64,000 nt of DNA, from NCBI GenBank assembly GCA_964016885.1, contig OZ024741.1, positions 9,238,001 through 9,302,000 of the forward strand, in the 5' to 3' direction. A program made the position numbers and the translations under genes. Of this stretch, positions 37,631-52,154 are shown piece after piece. The DNA is from Eledone cirrhosa. Its lineage: Eukaryota. Positions within the stretch are counted from its first letter, which is position 1. Each line of letters starts with the position of its first letter. The notes under the pieces are model-generated. The model searched no databases, was not told the origin of the DNA, and was given only the letters and a program-made list of their open reading frames with translations.

Positions 37631-40600
37631 ATAGTGAGTGGTGACTGCATAGGATATAGTGAGTGTAACGTAGTGAGTGGTGACTGTATAGGATATAGTG
37701 AGTCTAACAGAGAGAGTGGTGACTGTATAGGATATAGTGAGTCTAACAGAGAGAGTGGTGACTGTATAGGATATAGTGAGTGTAACAGAGAGAGTGGTGA
37801 CTGTATAGGATATAGTGAGTGTAACAGAGAGAGTGGTGACTGTATAGGATATAGTGAGTGTAACGTAGTGAGTGGTGACTGTATAGGATATAGTGAGTGT
37901 AACATAGAGAGTGGTCTCTGTATAGGATATAGTGAGTGTAACATAGAGAGTGGTGACTGTATAGGATATAATGAGTGTAACAGAGAGAGTGGTGACTGTA
38001 TATGATATAGTGAGTGTAACGTAGTGAGTGGTGACTGTATAGGATATAGTGAGTCTAACAGAGAGAGTGGTGACTGTATAGGATATAGTGAGTGTAACAG
38101 AGAGAGTGGTGACTGTATAGGATATAGTGAGTGTAACAGAGAGAGTGGTGACTGTATAGGATATAGTGAGTGTAACAGAGAGAGTGGTGACTGTATAGGA
38201 TATAGTGAGTGTAACAGAGAGAGTGGTGACTGTATAGGATATAGTGAGTGTAACAGAGAGAGTGGTGACTGTATAGGATATAGTGAGTGTAACGTAGTGA
38301 GTGGTGATTGTATAGGATATAGTGAGTGTAACACAGAGAGTGGTGACTGTATAGGATATAGTGAGTGTAACACAGAGAGTGGTGACTGTATAGGATATAG
38401 TGAGTGTAACAGAGAGAGTGGTGACTGTATAGGATATAGTGAGTGTAACATAGTGAGTGGTGACTGTATAGGATATAGTGAGTGTAACAGAGAGAGTGGT
38501 GACTGTATAGGATATAGTGAGTGTAACAGAGAGAGTGGTGACTGTATAGGATATAGTGAGTGTAACATAGTGAGTGGTGACTGTATAGGATATAGTGAGT
38601 GTAACATAGTGAGTGGTGACTGTATAGGATATAGTGAGTGTAACAGAGAGAGTGGTGACTGTATAGGATATAGTGAGTGTAACAGAGAGAGTGGTGACTG
38701 TATAGGATATAGTGAGTGTAACAGAGAGAGTGATGATTGTATAGGATATAGTGAGTGTAACAGAGGTAGTGGTGACTGTATAGGATATAGTGAGTGTAAC
38801 ATAGTGAGTGGTGACTGTATAGGATATAGTGAGTGTAACATAGAGAGTGGTGTCTGTATAGGAAATAGTGAGTGTAACATAGTGAGTGGTGACTGTATAG
38901 CATATAGTGAGTGTAACACAGAGAGTGGTGACTGTATAGGATATAGTGAGTGTAACAGAGAGAGTGGTGACTGTATAGGATATAGTGAGTGTAATATAGT
39001 GAGTGGTGACTGTATAGGATATAGTGAGTGTAACATAGAGAGTGGTGTCTGTATAGGATATAGTGAGTGCAACATAGTGAGTGGTGACTGTATAGGATAT
39101 AGTGAGTGTAACACAGAGAGTGGTGACTGTATAGGATATAGTGAGTGTAACAGAGAGAGTGGTGACTGTATAGGATATAGTGAGTGTAACAGAGAGAGTG
39201 GAGACTGTATAGGATATAGTGAGTGTAACATAGTGAGTGGTGACTGTATAGGATATAGTGAGTGTAACATAGAGAGTGGTGACTGTATAGGATATATTGA
39301 GTGTAACAGAGAGAGTGGTGACTGTATAGGATATAGTGAGTGTAACATAGAGAGTGGTGACTGTATAGGATATAGTGAGTGTAACATAGAGAGTGGTGTC
39401 TGTATAGGAAATAGTGAGTGTAACATAGTGAGTGGTGACTGTATAGCATATAGTGAGTGTAACACAGAGAGTGGTGACTGTATAGGATATAGTGAGTGTA
39501 ACAGAGAGAGTGGTGACTGTATAGGATATAGTGAGTGTAATATAGTGAGTGGTGACTGTATAGGATATAGTGAGTGTAACAGAGAGAGTGGTGACTGTAT
39601 AGGATATAGTGAGTGTAACAGAGAGAGTGGTGACTGTATAGGATATAGTGAATGTAACATAGTGAGTGGTGACTGTATAGGATATAGTGAGTGTAACAGA
39701 GAGAGTGGTGACTGCATAGGATATAGTGAGTGTAACATAGAGAGTGGTGACTGTATAGGATATAGTGAGTGTAATATAGAGAGTGGTGACTGTATAGGAT
39801 ATAGTGAGTGTAACAGAGAGAGTGGTGACTGTATAGGATATAGTGAGTGTAACATAGAGAGTGGTGTCTGTATAGGATATAGTGAGTGTAACAGTGAGAG
39901 TCGTGACTGTATAGGATATAGTGAGTGTAACAGAGAGAGTGGTGACTGTATAGGATATAGTGAGTGTAACAGAGAGAGTGGTGACTGTATAGGATATAAT
40001 GAGTGTAACAGTGAGAGTGGTGACTGTATAGGATATAGTGAGTGTAACAGAGAGAGTGGTGACTGTATAGGATATAGTGAGTGTAACGTAGTGAGTGGTG
40101 ACTGTATAGAATATAGTGAGTGTAACATAGTGAGTGGTGACTGTATAGGATATAGTGAGTGTAACATAGAGAGTGGTGACTGTATAGGATATAGTGAGTG
40201 TAAAAGAGAGAGTTGTGACTGTATACGATATAGTGAGTGTAACATAGAGAGTGGTGACTGTATAGGATATAGTGAGTGTAACGTAGTGAGTGGTGACTGT
40301 ATAGGATATAGTGAGTGTAACACAGAGAGTGGTGACTGTATAGGATATAGTGAGTGTAACAGAGAGAGTGGTGACTGTATAGAATTTAGTGAGTGTAACA
40401 GAGAGAGTGGTGACTGTATAGGATATAATGAGTGTAACAGAGAGAGTGGTGACTGTATAGGATATAGTGAGTGTAACGTAGTGAGTGGTGACTGTATAGG
40501 ATATAGTGAGTGTAACACAGAGAGTGGTGACTGTATAGGACATAGTGAGTGTAACACAGAGAGTGGTGACTGTATAGGATATAGTGAGTGTAACAGAGAG

Positions 40601-43600
40601 AGTGGTGACTGTATAGGATATAGTGCGTGTAACGTAGTGAGTGATGATTGTATAGGATATAGTGAGTGTAACAGAGGTAGTGGTGACTGTAGAGGATATA
40701 GTGAGTGTAACATAGTGAGTGTTGACTGTATAGGATATAGTGAGTGTAACAGAGAGAGTGGTGACTGTAAAGGATATAGTGAGTGTAACGTAGTGAGTGG
40801 TGATTGTATAGGATATAGTGAGTGTAACATAGAGAGTGGTGACTGTATAGGATATATGAGTGTAACACAGAGAGAGTGGTGACTGTATAGGATATAGTGA
40901 GTGTAACATAGTGAGTGGTGACTGTATAGGATATAGTGAGTGTAACGGAGAGAGTGGTGACTGTATAGGATATAGTGAGTGTAACAGTGAGAGTGGTGAC
41001 TGTATAGGATATAGTGAATGTAACATAGTGAGTGGTGACTGTATAGGATATAGTGAGTGTAACATAGAGAGTGGTGACTGTATAGGATATAGTGAGTGTA
41101 ACAGAGAGAGTGGTGACTGTATAGGATATAGTGAGTGTAACGTAGTGAGTGGTGACTGTATAGAATATAGTGAGTGTAACATAGTGAGTGGTGACTGTAT
41201 AGGATATAGTGAGTGTAACATAGAGAGTGGTGACTGTATAGGATATAGTGAGTGTAAAAGAGAGAGTGGTGACTGTATAGGATATAGTGAGTGTAACATA
41301 GTGAGTTGTGACTGTATAGGATATAGTGAGTGTAACGTAGTGAGTGGTGACTGTATAGGATATAGTGAGTATAACGTAGTGAGTGGTGACTGTATAGGAT
41401 ATAGTGAGTGTAACACAGAGAATGGCGTCTGTATAGGATATAGTGAGTGTAACATAGAGAGTGGTGACTGTATAGGATATAATGAGTGTAACGTAGTGAG
41501 TTGTGACTGTATAGGATATAGTGAGTGTAACGTAGTGAGTGGTGACTGTATAGGATATAATGAGTGTAACCGAGAGAGTGGTGACTGTATAGGATATAGT
41601 GAGTGTAACACAGAGAGTGGTGACTTTATAGGATATAGTGAGTGTAACAGAGAGAGTGGTGACTGTATAGGATATAGTGAGTGTAACAGAGAGAGTGGTG
41701 ACTGTATAGGATATAATGAGTGTAACAGAGAGAGTGGTGACTGTATAGGATATAGTGAGTGTAACACAGAGAGAGTGGTGACTGTATAGGATATAGTGAG
41801 TGTAACATAGTGAGTGGTGACTGTATAGGATATAGTGAGTGTAACAGAGAGAGTAGTGACTGTATAGGATATAGTGAATGTAACATAGTGAGTGGTGACT
41901 CTATAGGATATAGTGAGTGTAACATAGAGAGTGGTGACTGTATAGGATATAGTGAGTGTAACGTAGTGAGTGGTGATTGTATAGGATATAGTGAGTGTAA
42001 CAGAGAGAGTGGTGACTGTATAGGATATAGTGAGTGTAACATAGAGAGTGGTGACTGTATAGGATATATTGAGTGTAACAGAGAGAGTGGTGACTGTATA
42101 GGATATAGTGAGTGTAACATAGAGAGTGGTGACTGTATAGGATATAGTGAGTGTAACAGAGAGAGTGGTGACTGTATAGGATATAGTGAGTGTAACATAG
42201 TGAGTGGTGACTGTACAGGATATAGTGAGTGTAACGTAGTGAGTGGTGACTGTATAGGATATAGTGAGTGTAACAGAGAGAGTGGTGACTGTATAGGATA
42301 TAGTGAGTGTAACATAGAGAGTGGTGACTGTATAGGATATAGTGAGTGTAACATAGAGAGTGGTGACTGTATAGGATATAATGAGTGTAACAGAGAGAAT
42401 GGTGACTGTATAGGATATAGTGAGTGTAACAGAGAGAGTGGTGACTGTATAGGATATAGTGAGTGTAACATAGAGAGTGGGGACTGTATAGGATATAATC
42501 AGTGTAACAGAGAGAGTGGTTACTGTATAGGATATAATGAGTGTAACATAGTGAGTGGTGACTGTATAGGATATAGTGAATGTAACAGAGAGAGTTGTGA
42601 CTGTATAGGATATAGTGAGTGTAAAAGAGAGAGTTGTGACTGTATAGGATATAGTGAGTGTAACATAGAGAGTGGTGACTGTATAGGATATAGTGAGTGT
42701 AACATAGAGAGTGGTGACTGTATAGGATATAGTGAGTGTAACATAGAGAGTTGTGACTGTATAGGATATAATGAGTGTAACATAGTGAGTGGTGACTGTA
42801 TAGGATATATGAGTGTAACATAGAGAGAGTTGTGACTGTATAGGATATAGTGAGTGTAACATAGAGAGTGGTGACTGTATAGGATATAGTGAGTGTAACA
42901 GAGTGAGTGGTGACTGTATAGGATATAGTGAGTGTAACATAGAGAGTGGTGACTGTATAGGATATAGTGAGTGTAACAGAGAGAGTGGTGACTGTATAGG
43001 ATATAGTGAGTGTAACAGAGAGAGTGGTGACTGTATAGGATATAGTGAGTGTAACATAGTGAGTGGTGACTGTATAGGATATATGAGTGTAACATAGAGA
43101 GAGTTGTGACTGTATAGGATATAGTGAGTGTAACAGAGAGAGTGGTGACTGTATAGGATATAGTGAATGTAACATAGAGAGTGATGATTGTATAGGATAT
43201 AGTGAGTGTAACATAGAGAGTGGTGACTGTATAGGATATAATGAGTGTAACATAGTGAGTGGTGACTGTATAGGATATATGAGTGTAACATAGAGAGAGT
43301 TGTGACTGTATAGGATATAGTGAGTGTAACAGAGAGAGTGGTGACTGTATAGGATATAGTGAATGTAACATAGAGAGTGATGATTGTATAGGATATAGTG
43401 TGTGTAACATAGTGAGTGTTGACTGTACAGGATATAGTGAGTGTAACAGAGAGAGTGGTGACTGTATAGGATATAGTGAGTGTAACAGAGAGAGTGGTGA
43501 CTGTATAGGATATAGTGAGTGTAACATAGAGAGTGATGACTGTATAGGATATAGTGAGTGTAACAGAGATAGTGGTGACTGTATAGGATATAGTGAGTGT

Positions 43601-45026
43601 AACAGAGAGAGTGGTGACTGTATAGGATATAGTGAATGTAACATAGTGAGTGGTGACTGTATAGGATATAGTGAGTGTAACAGAGAGAGTGGTGACTGTA
43701 TAGGATATAGTGAGTGTAACATAGAGAGTGGTGACTGTATAGGATATATGAGTGTAACAGAGAGAGTTGTGACTGTATAGGATATAGTGAGTGTAACATA
43801 GAGAGTGGTGACTGTATAGGATATATGAGTGTAACACAGAGAGAGTGGTGACTGTATAGGATATAGTGAGTGTAACATAGTGAGTGGTGACTGTATAGGA
43901 TATAGTGAGTGTAACAGAGAGAGTGGTGACTGTATAGGATATAGTGAGTGTAACAGAGAGAGTTGTGACTGTATAGGATATAGTGAGTGTAACGTAGTGA
44001 GTGATGATTGTATAGGATATAGTGAGTGTAACAGGGAGAGTGGTGACTGTATAGGATATAGTGAGTGTAACAGAGAGAGTGGTGTCTGTATAGGATATAG
44101 TGAGTGTAACAGAGAGAGTGGTGACTGTATAGGATATAGTGAGTGTAACAGAGAGAGTTGTGACTGTATAGGATATAGTGAGTGTAACAGAGAGAGTGGT
44201 GTCTGTATAGGATATAGTGAGTGTAACAGAGAGAGTGGTGACTGTATAGGATATAGTGAGTGTAACAGAGAGAGTGGTGACTGTATAGGATATAGTGAAT
44301 GTAACATAGTGAGTGGTGACTGTATAGGATATAGTGAGTGTAACAGAGAGAGTGGTGACTGTATAGGATATAGTGAGTGTAACAGAGAGAGTGGTGACTG
44401 TATAGGATATAATGAGTGTAACAGAGAGAGTGGTGACTGTATAGGATATAGTGAGTGTAACAGAGAGAGTGGTGACTGTATAGGATATAGTGAGTGTAAC
44501 ACAGAGAGTGGCGTCTGTATAGGATATAGTGAATGTAACATAGTGAGTGGTGACTGTATAGGATATAGTGAGTGTAACAGAGAGAGTGGTGACTGTATAG
44601 GATATAGTGAGTGTAACAGAGAGAGTGGTGACTGTATAGGATATATGAGTGTAACAGAGAGAGTGGTGATTGTATAGGATATAGTGAGTGTAACACAGAG
44701 AGTGGTGACTGTATAGGATATAGTGAGTGTAACAGAGAGAGTGGTGACTGTATAGGATATAGTGAGTGTAACAGAGAGAGTGGTGACTGTATAGGATATA
44801 ATGAGTGTAACACAGAGAGAGTGGTGACTGTATAGGATATAGTGAGTGTAACAGAGAGAGTGGTGACTGTATAGGATATAATGAGTGTAACACAGAGAGA
44901 GTGGTGACTGTATAGGATATAGTGAGTGTAACAGAGAGAGTGGTCACTGTATAGGATATAGTGAGTGTAACACAGAGAGTGGTGACTGTATAGGATATAG
45001 TGAGTGTAACAGAGAGAGTGGTGACT
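37631..45026. repeat. 39-bp minisatellite, ~190 units (GAGAGTGGTGACTGTATAGGATATAGTGAGTGTAACAGA)
   Basis: 13-codon periodicity in all ORFs; occasional 38/40/41-bp variant units. Confidence 0.98.
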
Positions 45027-45224
45027 ATATAATGAACGTTGTCAGGCCTGTAGACTAATTAGTTTGGTATTTAATCAAGGATTCCTTAGCGTAAAGTGAC
45101 TGGATGTACACATATTCCACCCCACCCCCGGGAAAGGACACCAATATGTCGCAAGGTCAACCCCAGTTATTACTGGTATTTAGCCGAGTGAACTGGATCA
45201 ACACGTTGCTTTAGTTACAGATGT

Positions 45225-45715
45225 TTAGCTTCTGAGTTCAAAACCTGGTCATGTCTACATTGCTTTTCATACTTCCGGAGTCAATAAAATAAAATCAACA
45301 GTTAAATACTTCGGTCAATGTGATCGACATTCCCCGCAGCCCAAATTGCTGGCCCTGTGCCAAACTTAGAAACGTGCAGTATTGATAGAGGATTGGACGC
45401 CATGCTTTCTAGCATAGTTACGTCCCTTTACGGTCTGAGTTCAAATCCTGTCGAGGTTAACTTTGCCTTTCATCCTTACGGGGTCGATAAAATAAAGTAC
45501 CAGTAATGTACTGGTAATTCATGGCCTTGTGCTAAAAGTAGAAACAATTATTAATCTGTTAATGTAGTTATACCCCCTTACTTTCTGAGTTCAAATCCCT
45601 CCGAGGTCAACTTTGTCTTTCAACATCCGATGGTCGATAAAATATAGTGCCAGTCAAGTTCTTTGGTCGTTATAATCGCTCGCCATTCCTAAAGTGACGG
45701 CCTGGTGCCAAACAT
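45225..45715 (+). mobile_element. Three tandem SINE copies (Nin/Deu-like family)
   Basis: CTGAGTTCAAA B-box at ~45232, ~45435 and ~45585, each followed by core. Confidence 0.8.
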
Positions 45716-46009
45716 AAAGGCATTATAAATCTGTTAACCAAATCTCACCAAGGTCTACTTTGCTTCAAGTGATCGATTAAATAATCAAGTAGTGGCATGG
45801 AATTCAACTGTTAAACTATATCCCTTTTCTTGGCATTAGTGAAGTCTTCAGACTTTCTGTCATTGGAAGATATCTATGAGATTCACAATCTCCCCGAAAC
45901 AGTTTTAAATGCAGGAAATCAAATGTGCGGCACCATAAATGGTGTGACTCTGGGTTAATCACAATTACACACACACACACACATCGACAGACACACACAG
46001 ACACACATT

Positions 46010-46055
<46 letters not shown>

Positions 46056-46249
46056 AAACACTCTCTGACTTTATATCACGACCTTATGACCGGCAGTCCA
46101 AACCCTATTAATTACGGCTCGTGTCTTCACTATGTTTATTATAACTCCAAGATTTACTGAAAACTGCTGCTAAATTCCTTATTCTGTTTTACCATTTTAC
46201 CACATTTCCTTGAAATTATTTTTAACAAATTAACCTTGTTGACAATAAA

Positions 46250-46670
46250 TGAGTAATGACCGAAAGAACATGATTGCGAATACAAGCGGCCAGAATGGGG
46301 TTCCTTCGAAGGGTCTTTGGAGTAACTTTACTCGATAGAGTTTGTATCTCGGATATCAGAGTCACTCCAGGTAGAGTGTTTTACTTCTCTGAATTGAGAG
46401 ATCACAACTCCGATACTATAGACATGTAGTTAGAATGTCTCAGAAAGGAATCGCTGGACAGATTTTACGGGAAAAACCAACTGACAGGAGACCCAGGGGT
46501 AGACACCCGAGCAAGATGGTTGGATAACATCCATGAGCTTGACAGGTCTCGCTTGGGGACCCAGCAGGATCAGTTGGAGATGGTTGCTTCTAACAGGAGA
46601 CACTGGAAGGAGTGTTTGAGGACTGTACCTCCAATAACCCTCTCACGAATGAGTGGGCGAAGCAAAATAA
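46250..46670 (+). mobile_element. RTE-clade LINE 3' fragment
   Basis: Same family as 26754-27270; RIQAARMGFLRRVFGVTLLDRV, RWLDNIHEL. Confidence 0.85.
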
Positions 46671-46821
46671 GATCCAAACATTCAGAAACAATTCCTGGTT
46701 CTAGAATACGAAGTTAGATATCTTAAAATGTTTTGTTTATATAAAATCGTAGTTTATGTAAGAACCCTTTTTAAAATGATGTTCTAATCACCAGATTAAT
46801 AATGAATTCTCAGCACAAAAC

Positions 46822-46990
46822 CAACAATTTTTGGATTAGATCGACCCATTATGAGACTAGAATTATATTTATCGAAACCGAAAGTTTGATAGGCAAAGGT
46901 GATCGCGGTGGGATTTGAACTGGAAACCTAAAGGCCCGTAAATAAATACTGCAATACATTTTGATGGACACTCTACTGATTCTGCCAATA
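46822..46990 (-). mobile_element. Degenerate SINE copy
   Basis: GGGATTTGAACT B-box and TTCTGCCAAT A-box in reverse. Confidence 0.6.
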
Positions 46991-47259
46991 ATCAGAGAGT
47001 GGGATATTTTACTAAATTTTGGTGATTTACTAGATTATTTGAAAACCATAGGCAGGAACTTCCATTAGAAATATTGAAAGGAAACGATGAACATCACCTC
47101 CTCCCTTACACCTTTTATAATAACATTTTCTTCATTTTCTCTTCAATTATTCTTCTATTCTATCATAACTCAGATTTCTACCTCACAACACCCGACTCTT
47201 CCCACTCACCTCACAATTCTGCCCACTCTCACATTCTCTTCTATCTCTCATCCACTAGA

Positions 47260-47319
<60 letters not shown>

Positions 47320-47543
47320 TATCCCCCTCCCTGCCCCCTCCCTCTCTCCCCCACCCTCTCTCTTTACTATCCCCCACCACCACCACATAAATCGATATGT
47401 TGGTCTCTGATTCATTCTACTTATTGTATTAACCACGGAGCTGGAGCGAATCAATTTTAGATAATAAATGCTAATGAATATCGGTAAATTGCAAGATCGA
47501 TACTGCCATTATATATATGCATATACAAATATATATATATATA

Positions 47544-47642
<99 letters not shown>

Positions 47643-48706
47643 ATACTTATATGCTTATATATATATACATATGTATATGCTGATATATATGTGTCTGTGT
47701 CTGAGTGTGTATATCTCTATGTGTGTGTTTGCGAGTGTATTTGTGTGTATGTGAGCGTGTGTATTTGTGTGTGTGATACGATCTCTTTCAAAACTAAATC
47801 TGACAGATTTGAAACCATTATTAATATATTCTATTAATCCTAATCGTTAATGCCATTATTCAGGTTCCATGAGAATGTGTCTAGAACTTTGTAAAACTGT
47901 GATATAAATAAAAAATGGCTGGATAATTAAATAAGTCTTAATTTTATAGGGTAACGAATGATTTATATGCATTCATATATACGTACTTACATATATACAT
48001 ACATATATACATACATACATTCATACATATATGCATACATACATACATACATACTTACATACATACATAGATACCTACATATATACTTACATACATACAT
48101 ATATACTTACATACATACAGACAGTCAGACATACATATAAACATACATACATATTTACATATATACATACATACATACATACTTACATACATAGATACAT
48201 ACATACATACATACATACATACATACATACATACATACATACATACATACACACATACATACATATATACATACTTACATAGATACATACATACATAGAT
48301 ACATGCATACATACATACATACGCTAGGCTTCACAGGAACAGAAAGAACACAACTAGTTAGGAAATTACACGTACAATCCATTAATGGAATAGTAAAAAT
48401 ATGTAAAACATTCCAAACATTTTGCATCTAATAACTGCATATACACATGTACAGATACAAAGCATATACACATGCACACATACAACTCAAAACATACACA
48501 TCCACACATACAATAACATCCATATCTACACATGCATGCAGACATACATAATCTACCTAGTAGATATTGTGTAAATTCCAATGAGAGAGTCTTGTGTCTA
48601 TGTTAGAAACCGACTCTCTCTCTATTGGGAAAAAAGTTGTGAAATTATAAAACCATAAGAACATACATACATACATACATACATACATACATACATACAT
48701 ACATAC

Positions 48707-49190
48707 GTGGTGGCTGCCAACTCGTTTTCGAGTACGGCCACTACTTTATATCCATGTAGGAGAACCCCTACCGATGCGCTGAACAAGTGTGACTTTTTAG
48801 TCCAGCCAGCGACTTGAAAAATCTGGTACAAACACTACACTTGTGACAATTATTGACACAGTGCTGGGCCCATGGTACCATGTGATGACAAGTGCAGAGA
48901 TATCTCCAGATATAAAGCAATGCCTGTGCCGTGAAGCTTTTATAGTGCGCAAAGGCACTGCACAAAGCCAGTCCCACTCTCTTAACCAAGATGATATTTA
49001 CCAAAAAGAAGAACAAGTCAACATCATTGGATACCATCAGGGTTGCAGGTGTTATATCAGAGTTTTCCTTCTCCTAGAATTCTGCCCTGATAAAGGCTAA
49101 GGGGGTCATCTCTCCCGGTGATTTTGGATGGCCATTGACTCTTAAGAGCTCCTTTGCCCTTTGACATGTTTTGTTTTTAGTCCTGCAGGA
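48707..49190 (-). mobile_element. RTE-derived fragment with (TATG)n tail, copy 3
   Basis: Near-identical to 17114-17600; (ACAT)n on both sides. Confidence 0.8.
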
Positions 49191-49290
49191 TACATACATA
49201 CATACATACATACATACATACATACACACATACATACATACATACATACATACATACATACATACATACATACACACATACATACATACT

Positions 49291-49560
49291 TGACGTGGCG
49301 GCTGCAAGTCAATTTCGAGTAATGCCATCGCTTGATACTTAAGCATGAGCATCACAGACGCGGCTTTTTAGTCTTGCCTATGGCCAGCAATACCAGGCAT
49401 CGTAAAATATGTCACATATCAAGCAATGCCTGTGCTTGAAGGTTTTCTAAGTGAGGAAAGGCTTTGCACGGAGCCAATCCCACTCTCTGAACATCAAATG
49501 TATTTTCCCCAAAAGAATAACTGGTCTACATCATTCGATGCAAACTAAGTCGCAGGTTAT
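49291..49560 (-). mobile_element. Older related RTE-derived 3' fragment
   Basis: Shares AAGCAATGCCTGTGC and CCCACTCTCT with the copy-1-3 family; homologous to 62211-62440. Confidence 0.6.
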
Positions 49561-49885
49561 ATATATATGTGTGTGTGTGTGTGTATGTGTGCGCGCGTGT
49601 GTGCCTGTTTATGTGTGTATATGTGTGTATGTACGTGTGTAATATGCATTATCTGGAGTATGTCTAAGTGACTTTAAACAAGTCAGTTGTGTTGCGGGGG
49701 TCTGGGTTTCTAGCAAGAAGAATGTTCTAGATTTTGCATTATTTCTCCATTGGTGGTCTCATCTGAGTTTTGCAAAAGTTTAGCAGTTTGTGGGAGGTGA
49801 GGCTAGGGGGGTGGGGCAAAGTATTTTCTGGATTTGAAAAGAAAGAATACTCTTTGAAATGGGGTCAATTTAAAAAAACATAAAA

Positions 49886-50167
49886 TACCTTTTCACCAAA
49901 CCGCCTGAAACTACAGCTAATTCTGTGCTATAAACTCGGTTATTTTAAAGTGTTTATATTAACCTAAAACCCTTCCGTCATAACTATATGTAAGAAACGT
50001 AATAACTATATGTAAGAAAGTATATGTAAGAAACGTCACCATGTTATGTTGAAACTCCAGATAAACAATGAGAAAGTTGGTTGTTTAATATTTCTTGAAT
50101 ATTTTAAAGATAAGTTGAAAATCATGGGCAGTGTCTTTCATTAGACATATGGTAACGAAAGGGTTAA
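49886..50167. mobile_element. TTAA-type (piggyBac-like) MITE, left end decayed
   Basis: Ends GGTAACGAAAGGGTTAA; related termini at ~8390-8510 and ~47000-47075. Confidence 0.55.
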
Positions 50168-51411
50168 TGACATAGACAGTGTCTTTCATTAGACATATGG
50201 TAACGAAAGGGTTAATGACATAGGCAGTGTCTTACATTAGACATATGGTAATGAAAGGGTTATTGACATAGACAGTGTCTTTCATTAGAAATAGGGTAAC
50301 GAAAGGGTTAATGACATAGACAGTGTCTTTCATTAGACATGGTAATGAAAGGGTTAATGACATAGACAGTGTCTTTCATTAGAAATATGGTAATGAAAGG
50401 GTTAATGACATAGACAGTGTCTTACATTAGAAATATGGCAATGGAAGGGTAATGACATAGACAGTGTCTTTCATTATAAATATGGTAATGAAAGGGTTAA
50501 TGACATAGACAGTGTCTTTCATTAGAAATATGGTAATGAAAGGGTTAATGACATAGACAGTGTCTTACATTAGAAATATGGCAATGGAAGGGTAATGACA
50601 TAGACAGTGTCTTTCATTAGACATATGGTAATGAAAGGGTTAATGACATAGACAGTGTCTTTCATTAGAAATATGGTAATGAAAGGGTTAATGACATAGA
50701 CAGTGTCTTTCATTAGAAATATGGTAATGAACGGGTTAATGACATAGACAGTGTCTTTCATTAGAAATATGTTAATGAAAGGGTTAATGACATAGACAGT
50801 GTCTTTCATTAGATATATGGTAATGAAAGGGTTAATGACATTGACAGTGTCTTTCATTAGACATATGGTAACGAAAGGGTTAATGACATAGACAGTATCT
50901 TTCATTAGAAATATGGTAATTAAAGGGTTAATGACATAGACAGTGTCTTTCATTAGAAATATGGTAATGAACGGGTTAATGACATAGACAGTGTCTTTCA
51001 TTAGACATATGGTAACGAAAGGGTTAATGACATAGACAGTGTCTTTCATTAGAAATATGGTAACGAAAGGGTTAATGACATAGACAGTGTCTTTCATTAG
51101 AAATATGGTAATGAAAGGGTTTATGACATAGACAGTGTCTTTCATTAGAAATATGGTAACGAAAGGGTTAATATCATAGGCAGTGTCTTTCATTAGAAAT
51201 ATGGTAACGAAAGGGTTAATATCATAGGCAGTGTCTTTCATTAGAAATATGGAAATAATTGGGTTAATGACATAGACAGTGTCTTTCATTAGACATATGG
51301 TAACGAAAGGGTTAATGACATAGACAGTGTCTTTCATTAGACATATGGTAATGAAAGGATTAACATCATAGGCAGTATCTTTCATTAGCCATATGGTAAC
51401 GAAAGGGTTAA
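50123..51411. repeat. 48-bp minisatellite, ~27 units (GACATAGACAGTGTCTTTCATTAGAAATATGGTAATGAAAGGGTTAAT)
   Basis: 16-codon periodicity; directly visible. Confidence 0.97.
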
Positions 51412-51767
51412 GGATATGTAAGGGTTAAGGATAGTGGGGTGTATGGTCCTTGGAGATGGTGAAGTCTACCATTTGATGTGATATATTGTGTGTCTGGTCT
51501 GAAATCCTGTGTTGGTTCTAAAACAAAACATGAAGACATTGTAGCTATAATGGTGGTGTCGGTGACAATCATGAACCAACAGAATCAAGACTCCATAATT
51601 AAGATAATTACATTATCATTAGTGGGGATAAATTAGCGTGTAAAATACTAGAAAATTAGATTATCCGCCAACGCCAGATGACGTATAATTTTATACGTCA
51701 ATCTTATAAACATCATCTTAGTATCTCTCTCTCTCCTGCTCTCCCCCCCCTCGCTCTCTCCTGCAGC

Positions 51768-51845
<78 letters not shown>

Positions 51846-52120
51846 GTGTATATAGTTAGTCTTGTTACTCTGGATTTTCGTCTGTTTATCCCAGGGTCAC
51901 GAATCTCCAGAGTAACAAGACTCACTACTGAACCTTAATAAAGTCAATATTAAAACTCTACTTCGGTATTGAGTACTCCTTTCTCTCATCCGTCAAGCAC
52001 ATACAGTTATAAATATTAATATATATTAGAATATTAGGGTTATTCTTCAGGACGAAACAGAAGTCGTAATCACGAAGTATTTTGAGGCATTTTTTTGTCT
52101 TTATTACTTTAATTTACACA

Positions 52121-52150
<30 letters not shown>

Positions 52151-52154
<4 letters not shown>

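Noticed and set aside
37508-44947. 2479-aa and Cys-rich ESGDCIGYSECNR ORFs resembling beta-solenoid/antifreeze repeats
   Set aside because: The 39-bp unit is stop-free in several frames; frame-shifting units are tolerated and a stop occurs at ~38003; no signal peptide
50570-51385. 271-aa MKDTVYVINPFITIFL repeat protein
   Set aside because: Translation of the transposon-end minisatellite; shorter units break the frame
37631-51411. CRISPR-like appearance of the 39- and 48-bp arrays
   Set aside because: Head-to-tail units without unique spacers, no cas genes, eukaryotic context
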